Of a stretch of 22,785 nt of DNA, positions 15,709-22,785 are shown piece after piece. The notes under the pieces were generated by a model that was given only the letters and a program-made list of their open reading frames with translations, was not told where the DNA came from and ran no database searches. Position 1 is the stretch's first letter. The number at the start of each line of letters is the position of its first letter. Both the position numbers and the translations under genes were made by a program. Location: positions 1 to 22,785 of the forward strand of contig CAWJJC010000001.1 of NCBI GenBank assembly GCA_963843145.1, in the 5' to 3' direction. The DNA is from an uncultured delta proteobacterium (GTDB lineage Bacteria; Desulfobacterota; RBG-13-43-22).

Positions 15709-15987
15709 CTAACGGAAAACAATCTTGATATCTTCCCGTTCCTGGGCCACGTGCTTCAGGACCGTGCGTATTCTCTGGAAGTCGCGATTCATGGCCTGCT
15801 TCGAAAGCGCCGACTGTTCCCAAAGGATCTCACAGGGTCCGTCCAGATCGGTAGTTAACACATCGGCCAGGGCATCCAGGTTTCGACCGAAATAGTCCGG
15901 CAATGGCAGCACCTTGCCGATTTCCTGATAGAAAGAATCGAGCGACTGAATGGCTTGACCGTTAAGCACATATTTTTTTACTGGCAT
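15709..15987 (-). CDS. Barstar-family ribonuclease inhibitor (92 aa)
   Basis: LPDYFGRNLDALADVL barstar signature; GGGAGG RBS before ATG 15987; overlaps the RNase stop. Confidence 0.93.
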   Translation of the reverse strand: MPVKKYVLNGQAIQSLDSFYQEIGKVLPLPDYFGRNLDALADVLTTDLDGPCEILWEQSALSKQAMNRDFQRIRTVLKHVAQEREDIKIVFR

Positions 15988-16469
15988 GCCGGTACCTCCC
16001 TGAAGGTCTGGTAGTGATCGACCGTGACCACCCGTAGGCCGTCGGTCGAGAAAATAAGGCGTTTTGGGCCGCGGTGGCCCCCCTGATAATCGAGATCCGC
16101 TTCCCGCCATTTTCGCCGGCCGTTGGGCAGCTTCCTTTCGTAATTGCCGAAGTGATCGCCACCCAGGCTTTTGCCCCGGAGTTCCCTTAAGGCCCACAGG
16201 TTTTGGCCCGGCTTCCACCCGGCCGTTTTGGCCTCCTGTTTGGTTACGAACTTCGAAGGTAAATGGCTATTTCCTGACTGGTTCAAAGTCCTGAGGACCT
16301 CGACCAGTTCGGCTTGGTCGATCTTGATTGGCAGTTTCCCGGAAAGCTCGTGAACGACGGATTCACAAGTGGCCGCCAGCAACATTCCATTTGAAAGCGG
16401 GCTGCCCGGAAAAATAACTGCCATTAGAATAATCCCTAGGTAGCCAAGAGACTGGACGATAAACTTCAT
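15978..16469 (-). CDS. Barnase-like secreted guanyl-specific ribonuclease
   Basis: Signal-like N-terminus; FVTKQEAKTAGW, GGDHFGNYERKLP, WREADLDY (catalytic Glu), RGPKRLIFSTDG, DHYQTF (catalytic His). Confidence 0.93.
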   Translation of the reverse strand: MKFIVQSLGYLGIILMAVIFPGSPLSNGMLLAATCESVVHELSGKLPIKIDQAELVEVLRTLNQSGNSHLPSKFVTKQEAKTAGWKPGQNLWALRELRGKSLGGDHFGNYERKLPNGRRKWREADLDYQGGHRGPKRLIFSTDGLRVVTVDHYQTFREVPACQ

Positions 16470-16476
16470 GGATTTC

Positions 16477-16932
16477 CTACCGTAACCCTACCCTATCCAG
16501 GTTGAAACCTTCTTCGAATGGATTTACGAACCGCACGCCTTCTATCACGGCCCCCACATTGAAATCCTCTGAAAGAATGAGCGGAATCTGGTGTAATCGC
16601 GCCGAAGCCCATATCTGGGCATCCCAATAGGCCATTTTGTAGGTGCGAACTCCACGCACCGCCTCCAGTATGATCGAGCCGCTCAAATCCAATATCTCCC
16701 AGGACAAAAGGTAGTTCTGGATTCGGTCGTAGACCTCTTCCCCGGTCAATGGCTTTTCCAACTTACGCGTCGCATTGACGAAAAATTCCGCCAATACCTG
16801 AGGCGTCAGTACTCCCAGACGCAAGGTGGCGAGATGGTCTAAAACCGCAACCGCCTGAGATTGCTTTTCCGGTTCACCCTGGTCATAAGCATAAAGCAGG
16901 ATATTGGTATCCACCAAGATCTTATCGGCCAT
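16477..16932 (-). CDS. vapC: PIN-domain ribonuclease toxin (VapC family)
   Basis: Acidic tetrad motifs VDTNILLY, QVLAEF, WDAQI, LSEDF; overlaps the upstream antitoxin. Confidence 0.9.
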   Translation of the reverse strand: MADKILVDTNILLYAYDQGEPEKQSQAVAVLDHLATLRLGVLTPQVLAEFFVNATRKLEKPLTGEEVYDRIQNYLLSWEILDLSGSIILEAVRGVRTYKMAYWDAQIWASARLHQIPLILSEDFNVGAVIEGVRFVNPFEEGFNLDRVGLR

Positions 16933-17200
16933 AGCGCGCTAGTCTCTCTTCGTAGGCTTCTTCCCGCCTGAATTTTCGACCACCGGGAAGAGGTTTTCCG
17001 GCCATTCGTTGAGCAATAAAGGCCTTTTCTCGTTCCCAGGCTGAAAGATCTCGAAGACCGGGAACCAGAAAAGCCATCTGCCGGTCTATGGCTCGGCGCA
17101 TAATCTCCGCCTCTGTAATCCCCAACTTTTTCGCCTGCCTTTTAAGGTTTACATCCTGCAGGGGTTCAATATAAACTTGCTTTCGGATCATCTGTGCCAT
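16922..17200 (-). CDS. Putative RHH/CopG-type antitoxin (VapB-like)
   Basis: N-terminal beta strand RKQVYI followed by two helices (ITEAEIMRRAID); small gene overlapping vapC; GGGAGG RBS. Confidence 0.8.
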   Translation of the reverse strand: MAQMIRKQVYIEPLQDVNLKRQAKKLGITEAEIMRRAIDRQMAFLVPGLRDLSAWEREKAFIAQRMAGKPLPGGRKFRREEAYEERLARYGR

Positions 17201-17224
17201 ATCCGTGCCTCCCTAAAGAGCGAC

Positions 17225-17266
17225 TATATACATTACATTGTACATCGTAACCCTTCGGAATGTCAA
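17225..17266 (-). promoter_or_regulatory. Sigma70 promoter of the antitoxin-toxin operon with candidate operator repeats
   Basis: Minus strand TTGACA (17266-17261)-N18-TACAAT (17242-17237); three ATGTA repeats across the -10/+1 region. Confidence 0.7.
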
Positions 17267-17365
17267 GAGGGATATCAAACGGAAAAAGGATTGCAGTAAG
17301 AACAATTTCTCCTTGCCTAGAATCAGCCAAACTGACAATCTCAAAAACAACTAGAAAAGAGGCCG

Positions 17366-18850
17366 ATGTTGCACCCTAAAAACATAACCGGGGAAGAAGA
17401 ACACCATCCCCGGCACCAAACTCAAAACCCGGTAACGAAAGGCTCTCCCCATAAATGGCTTTCCCTGGCGGCGGTGGGGTTGGGCGTCCTGATGGCCACC
17501 ATAGACATCAGTGTCATCAACGTTTCGCTGCCCACCCTGGTGCAGGCGCTTCGGACCGATTTCCCCACCATCCAGTGGGTTATCCTCTCTTATATCCTGG
17601 TAATCACCTCGACCATGCTGACCATGGCCCGACTGGGCGATATGGTGGGGAAAAAACGGATATATCAGTTGGGCTTGGCCATCTTTACCCTGGGTTCTTT
17701 TTTATGCGCCTTGTCTCCCACCGTCTATTGGCTGATCGGCTTCCGGGCCCTGCAGGGCTGCGGGGCCGTCATGGTCCAATCCCTGGGGATCGCCCTGGTT
17801 ACCGAAGCCTTCCCGGCCCAAGAGCGCGGCCGGGCACTGGGAATCTCCGGCGGGATCGTTTCGGTCGGGCTGGCGCTCGGGCCGCCGATAGGAGGCCTGA
17901 TCATCGGGCTGGCCAGTTGGCACTGGATTTTCCTGATCAATATTCCCATCGGCCTCCTGGCCATCGGGGCTACCGGCCTGTTTATTCCTTCCCGTAAAAC
18001 AAAAAGGGGAGACCAGCGTTTCGACGTCCTGGGCGGACTGGTCTTGTTGGCTACCATCATCGCTTATGCCCTGGGCATGACCATAGGCCAACATCTGGGC
18101 TTCAATAATGCCAAGGTTTTATTGCTCCTGTCGGGTGCCGGCCTGGGACTCGGGCTGTTCGTTCGCGTGGAAAAAAAATCGCCCCAGCCTATGCTGAATC
18201 CGCAGCTTTTTAAAAACACCCTGTTTTCCATCAACCTGCTCATGGGCTGGCTGGTATTTATCGTGCTGGGCGGAACGTTTACCCTGCCCTTCTATCTGGA
18301 GCTGGTCAAAGGCTATCCCATCGAGAAAGTCGGTCTGTTGATGATGGTCGTACCGATATCCATGGGGCTGATTTCCATTATCGCCGGGGCCTTGTCCGAC
18401 CGGTTCGGTCCCCGGGGGATCAGTCTGTTAGGCCTCATGCTGCTGGTCCTCGGCTGCCTGTCCATTAGCGACCTGAAAGTCGAAACGACCGCCGTGGGCT
18501 ATATCTTCCACCTGCTGCCGCTCGGGTTGGGGCTGGGACTTTTTCTCGCTCCCAACAACAGCGCGGTTATGGGCGGGGCACCCAAAGAACATTTGGGTGT
18601 GGCCTCGGGACTGCTGGCCCTTTCCCGGACCATGGGGCACACCACCGGGATTCCTCTGGCCGGCGTGCTGTTCACCACCGGGATGATGGCTTCCGGCCGG
18701 GTCCGATCGGCCGCCGACCTTTCCCTGGCCCCGCCGCAGGACCTGGTAAATGGCCTGGCAACCACCTTTCACACCACCGCCCTGATGATCGCTACCGCAA
18801 CTGTTCTGGCCGCCCTGGCTCTTTGGCTGGACCGCCGCCGGCCAACCTGA
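17366..18850 (+). CDS. MFS drug:H+ antiporter, DHA2 (EmrB/QacA) family
   Basis: IDISVINVSLP, ARLGDMVGKK (motif A), FRALQG, GPPIGG, WHWIFLINIPIG, GALSDRFGPR; about 14 TM. Confidence 0.92.
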   Translation: MLHPKNITGEEEHHPRHQTQNPVTKGSPHKWLSLAAVGLGVLMATIDISVINVSLPTLVQALRTDFPTIQWVILSYILVITSTMLTMARLGDMVGKKRIYQLGLAIFTLGSFLCALSPTVYWLIGFRALQGCGAVMVQSLGIALVTEAFPAQERGRALGISGGIVSVGLALGPPIGGLIIGLASWHWIFLINIPIGLLAIGATGLFIPSRKTKRGDQRFDVLGGLVLLATIIAYALGMTIGQHLGFNNAKVLLLLSGAGLGLGLFVRVEKKSPQPMLNPQLFKNTLFSINLLMGWLVFIVLGGTFTLPFYLELVKGYPIEKVGLLMMVVPISMGLISIIAGALSDRFGPRGISLLGLMLLVLGCLSISDLKVETTAVGYIFHLLPLGLGLGLFLAPNNSAVMGGAPKEHLGVASGLLALSRTMGHTTGIPLAGVLFTTGMMASGRVRSAADLSLAPPQDLVNGLATTFHTTALMIATATVLAALALWLDRRRPT

Positions 18851-18920
18851 AGAATTTCTACCGTCATCAAGAAGATAGCCAGGGAGACCGTTTCCCTCGA
18901 TCCGTTCCTTTAGGAAAGGC

Positions 18921-21626
18921 TCAGGCCGCCCGGCCTATCGCTTCCAGGTCGATAAATTGGGCGGCCGTCAAACCCCGGTATCTTTCCGGGTGACAGGTGA
19001 TGATCAGGATCTGGAGTCGCTGGGCGGATTCTTCCAAAACGTCCAGCACCCGGGCCATGCGGGCGGCGTCGGTAAAGGTCAGCACGTCATCCAGGACCAC
19101 CAATTGGCGCTCAGAGGAGGCCAGCAGTTCGGCCAGGGCCAGCCGGGTGGCCAGATAAATCTGCTCCCGTTCTCCGCCGGAAACCTGGTCCAGGGGAACG
19201 CCGACTCCGGCCGGATCCGGAATCACCTCCGGGGTATTCAGCCCCGCGTTTAATTTGAGCGGACCGGGTCTTTTCCCGGCTATGCGCTGCAGGATATAAT
19301 TGGCTTTCTTCTCCACCGGGGCCACGAGCCCCGCGGTCATTTCCGCCCGGCATTCTTTCAGTGTCTCGAAAAGCAGCCGGACGGCATTGACCTGCAGGGT
19401 TTCGGCCGCCAGCTCCCGCTCCAGTTCGGCCGTCTCCTCTTCGGCCCGACTCAGCAAGGTGTAGGCCCCCTGGCCCCCCAATTGGCGCAGCGCTCCCTCA
19501 GTAACTTTTTCATCCGCCAGCGCCCGGCGGGAGGTATCCCAGGCAGCCTCGAGTCGCTTTTGTAAACGCTCCAGCGTTGCTAAGGGATCTTCGTCGTACC
19601 CGACCAGTTTCTTTTCCGCCTCCTGAAGCCCGGCCCGGGCCCCCTCAAATTCCAGGCCCGTCCGGGCCAGCTCTTCGGCCAAGTTCTTTTCATCGCCGAC
19701 CTCTTTCAAGCGGTTGACCAGCTTGGCTTCCAGGGATTGGACCAGGTTCTGATTCCGGGCCAGCTCCCCTTCCAGGTGGGATATCCGGCTGGCGGCCCCG
19801 GAAAGACTGATCTGGGCCTTCTCCCACTCCCCTTCCGCCTTTTCCACTTCCCGGACAAATTGTTCCTTGATGGTCCGGAATTCCCGCTGCAGCCGGTCAC
19901 TGTCCGGAAGATTGTTCTCCCACTGCGGATACTTGATCAAAAGGGTGGCCATCCGGCTTTCCAGAAGGGCCAGCCGCCCTTGAAGGGACTCGGGGGCTTC
20001 CCCGGCCAGCAGGGTTTCCAGGCGGGTCCGGTGTTCACCTATCCGGGCTTCCAGTTCCCGGGCCTGTTCTTCCCGCCGTTCCAGTTCCTCCAGCGGAACG
20101 GAACCATAGGGTTCGGTCAGCTTTCTGATTTTCTCCTCGGCCCGTTCCGAGTTTTTCCTCAGCTCTCCAATGGAACCGGCCGGTCCCCTGGCTCGGATCC
20201 GGGCGATCCCCGGCAAGTTGACGGCGACTTCCGGGGAGCCCTTGATCCGGATCGGGACCCCGGGGTTCAAGGGTACCGGACCGGTCTGCTCCCCGGCGAG
20301 CACCTCGGCGGAGCCCGCGGCCTCCGGGACGATTTCCAGGGTGATCAGGGCATTTTCCAAACGCAACCGCGCCTCGTTTTTTTCGGAGATGGCTTTCCGC
20401 AGGACCGTCAATTCCCGGGAGGACGGGGCGACCAGACGGCTTCTTTCTTCCTGGATGGAAAGCAGCGCTTTTTGGGTTTCCTGGATTTTGCCGAGGCGCC
20501 GGGTCAATTCGCCGGACTGATTTTTTTGAACCAGAAAGGCGGCCGCGTCATCGGCCGCTTCCTGGGCCAGATCCACTTTCTTCCGGCCCAGCCGCGCATC
20601 TTCCAGGGCCGCCTTAGCCCCATTGGCGGCCCGCTGCAGTTCTTCCACTTCTCGTTTCTGCAGGGGAAGGTCCCGGCTGCTTTTTTCCAGGTTAGCCCGG
20701 GACGTCTGAAGTTCCTCCCGGGTGGACCGGATGCCTTCCTCCTGCTGTTTCCAGTGCCGGTAACGGGCCTCCAGGGCCTGGAGCCGGGCCTCTCTTTCTT
20801 TTTTCTCCGACAGCAATGCCCGGTAGGCCTCGGTCCTGGCCTGCTGGGTCGCCAGGACCCTTTGAATCTCTTCGGCTTCATGACGAGCCTGGCTGCTTTT
20901 GAGCTGGAAATCCCGAACCTTTCGAGAGAGATCGTCATATTCTTCAAGCCTTCTCAAGGCCTCGGCCCGCCTTTCCACGGCCTTTTGCAAGGCCTCTTTC
21001 AGTTGGACCAATCGGGGAGCGTTTTTTCCGGAAAGGAGCTTGCCGCCCGGCGTGAAAAACTGGGCATAGCGGGCTTCGATCAACTTTTCCACCGGCCCGG
21101 CGCCTTCGACCTGGGCACCCAGAGACGTGCGGATATCCGCCAGGACCTCTCCCGACAGGGCCACCAGGGACAGGTCCCCCTGGGGGGCCCACAAGACCTG
21201 AGCCAGTCCCCAGTGTTCCGCCCTGGCCAGGCCTTTAACCGGCGCGTTCCGGGTCAGGACGGCCCGGACCCGTTCGTCGGCCGACGGGCCTTCGGCCAGG
21301 GGAATCAAGCGTCCGTTTTCTTCCCGTTCGAGTTTGGAAAAGGGCTGGTCCAGGAACCGCTTGGTGATCCGAAAGGTCGTTCCCTGATGTTCGAAAAGAA
21401 CCTGCACCGTAGGGGCCAGTTCCCTTTTCCAGGGCTTGATGGCTTCAATGTCTTTCCCCCCAACCTTATGATTATCAAGCAGCGCCCGGCGGAGGGCCTC
21501 AAAAAGGGTGGTTTTCCCGCAGGCATTGGGGGCAAAAAGGATGTTCAGCTTCTCATCAAAGGGTCCGACCACAATGGGGTCCAGGAAGCAGCGCCACCCT
21601 TGAACCATAATAGACCGAAGGATCAT
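18921..21626 (-). CDS. Rad50/SbcC-like (YhaN-type) coiled-coil ABC-ATPase
   Basis: Walker A variant APNACGKTT, long coiled coils, signature VSGGEREQ, Walker B VVLDD, switch ITCH. Confidence 0.9.
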   Translation of the reverse strand: MILRSIMVQGWRCFLDPIVVGPFDEKLNILFAPNACGKTTLFEALRRALLDNHKVGGKDIEAIKPWKRELAPTVQVLFEHQGTTFRITKRFLDQPFSKLEREENGRLIPLAEGPSADERVRAVLTRNAPVKGLARAEHWGLAQVLWAPQGDLSLVALSGEVLADIRTSLGAQVEGAGPVEKLIEARYAQFFTPGGKLLSGKNAPRLVQLKEALQKAVERRAEALRRLEEYDDLSRKVRDFQLKSSQARHEAEEIQRVLATQQARTEAYRALLSEKKEREARLQALEARYRHWKQQEEGIRSTREELQTSRANLEKSSRDLPLQKREVEELQRAANGAKAALEDARLGRKKVDLAQEAADDAAAFLVQKNQSGELTRRLGKIQETQKALLSIQEERSRLVAPSSRELTVLRKAISEKNEARLRLENALITLEIVPEAAGSAEVLAGEQTGPVPLNPGVPIRIKGSPEVAVNLPGIARIRARGPAGSIGELRKNSERAEEKIRKLTEPYGSVPLEELERREEQARELEARIGEHRTRLETLLAGEAPESLQGRLALLESRMATLLIKYPQWENNLPDSDRLQREFRTIKEQFVREVEKAEGEWEKAQISLSGAASRISHLEGELARNQNLVQSLEAKLVNRLKEVGDEKNLAEELARTGLEFEGARAGLQEAEKKLVGYDEDPLATLERLQKRLEAAWDTSRRALADEKVTEGALRQLGGQGAYTLLSRAEEETAELERELAAETLQVNAVRLLFETLKECRAEMTAGLVAPVEKKANYILQRIAGKRPGPLKLNAGLNTPEVIPDPAGVGVPLDQVSGGEREQIYLATRLALAELLASSERQLVVLDDVLTFTDAARMARVLDVLEESAQRLQILIITCHPERYRGLTAAQFIDLEAIGRAA

Positions 21627-22750
21627 CAGGCCCCCCCCTTCGAGAGGAGAAAAAGCTCCATCAAAGCCTGGGCGGCGGTCTCCGGGGAGGCTCCCTCCGG
21701 ACGGGGTCCGGGGAATCCGGGATCGGAAAGCTGACGTATTCGGGATGCGGTTTCCCGGAGGATGCCGGGAGGAAGAGCGGCCATCCAGGTCTCGTCTTCG
21801 GGAGAGGGTTGCAGCCGGGAGAGGTCCACATCCCGGTAGAGAAAGCGGGCGTTGATGATCTCTTGGAGGTGAACGAGTTCTCCCTGTTCTTCGGCCCGGA
21901 GAAATCCGGATACCTTCAAGGCCAGCAAGGTGTTTTCCGGCCGGGGCCAGGACTCGATCTTCTCTTTGAGCCGATTCAAGTCGCCCTCTTTCCGGAGGTC
22001 GGCCTCCAGCACCTCCCAGGCCAACCCGCCGACGGTCAGCGGGGTAATCCGGGGGGGTGACTTCGGGGCGTCGATCTCCACGATCAGGATCTTCCCGCTG
22101 TCCCGCTCCCCGAAACGGGAAGGTTCGGGCGTGCCGGGATAGGCCGTGCGGGTGACCGCCTGGCCATCCGGGAAAAGGGCCAGGGAATGCCAGTGGCCCA
22201 GGGCCAGGTAATCCAATCCCGCCCGGGAGGCCGCATTCCGGGGAATGGGGAGTTCCAGGTCGTCCCCGCCGACCCCTTCAAAGGAGCCGTGGGCCAGGCC
22301 GACACGGATTTCGGAGGTGGTTTCCAGGGGTATCCAGGAGGTAAGGTCTTTCCGGGAAAATTTTTCCCGGACCGGGCAGGGGTACAGCCGGCCCCCGGGC
22401 AGGGGTACCGGCTTTTCCTCGGAAAGTATTTGAATGTTGGGCTTTGAGCTCCAGGAGGGGTGCTCCCAGACGGCTCCGGGAACCAGGGGATCATGGTTTC
22501 CGGGGATCAGATAAACCGGGAGATCGATACTGCCCAGCAGGTCGGCCGTCTGCTGGATCAGGACGCGCTCCACCGCGTTGTCCTCGAAGGTGTCGCCGGC
22601 CAGGAGGATGAAATCAACGTGTTGATCCCGGGCCAAGCGGACGATCCGCTCCGCCGTTTTGAGCCGTTCGGCGCGGACCCGCTCCCCGGCCCCGCCCACC
22701 TGGACGGCCTTCATGCCCAGTTGCCAGTCTGCGGTATGGAGAAATTTCAT
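21626..22750 (-). CDS. Mre11/SbcD-like (YhaO-type) metallophosphoesterase nuclease
   Basis: HTADWQLG, AGDTFE, PGNHD, AHG, LALGHWH, YPGTPE; TGATG overlap with the ATPase. Confidence 0.93.
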   Translation of the reverse strand: MKFLHTADWQLGMKAVQVGGAGERVRAERLKTAERIVRLARDQHVDFILLAGDTFEDNAVERVLIQQTADLLGSIDLPVYLIPGNHDPLVPGAVWEHPSWSSKPNIQILSEEKPVPLPGGRLYPCPVREKFSRKDLTSWIPLETTSEIRVGLAHGSFEGVGGDDLELPIPRNAASRAGLDYLALGHWHSLALFPDGQAVTRTAYPGTPEPSRFGERDSGKILIVEIDAPKSPPRITPLTVGGLAWEVLEADLRKEGDLNRLKEKIESWPRPENTLLALKVSGFLRAEEQGELVHLQEIINARFLYRDVDLSRLQPSPEDETWMAALPPGILRETASRIRQLSDPGFPGPRPEGASPETAAQALMELFLLSKGGA

Positions 22751-22785
22751 GAGAAATATCTTTTATCCCGTTGGGTACGTTTAAA

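Noticed and set aside
14384-17200. Integron cassette array (short co-oriented genes including TA)
   Set aside because: No attC-type RYYYAAC..GTTRRRY palindromes; gaps are overlapping or too short; no integrase in the window.
18881-18897. Terminator between the MFS and ATPase genes
   Set aside because: Stem AGGGAGA/TTTCCCT is short, includes a G-U pair and lacks a clear U-tract; too weak to call.
19737-21734. 665-aa plus-strand ORF
   Set aside because: Lies antisense to the coiled-coil ATPase, with Phe/Leu/Gly/Gln/Pro shadow composition and no motifs; explained by GC-rich codon bias.

Overview
This is a gene-dense bacterial window; gene content and the sigma54/IHF promoter style suggest a Desulfobacterota/deltaproteobacterial-type genome (inference). 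Bases 1-7.5 kb form a metal/envelope-stress cluster: SHOCT membrane protein, Tat multicopper oxidase, a convergent Gly/Met/Tyr-repeat periplasmic protein, a divergent ZraS/ZraR-like two-component system, and a coupled Cys/Met PLP lyase. Bases 7.5-10.2 kb hold a GAF-type sigma54 activator divergent from a sigma54 promoter that drives two uncharacterised genes (a 94-aa protein and a DUF6064-like protein). Bases 10.4-14 kb carry an Smr protein, a Cys-rich exported ORF that may be a metal-sensing leader, a DUF2318-like protein and a MacB/FtsX-type ABC pair. Next come a pile of palindromic repeats and a decayed surface-protein remnant. A minus-strand run follows (antitoxin, PIN toxin, barnase-like RNase, barstar, small protein), then a DHA2 MFS transporter and an Mre11/Rad50-like (YhaO/YhaN-type) pair lacking a zinc hook. 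No rRNA, tRNA, CRISPR array, integrase or transposase was seen. All family calls come from motif recognition by eye, not database searches.
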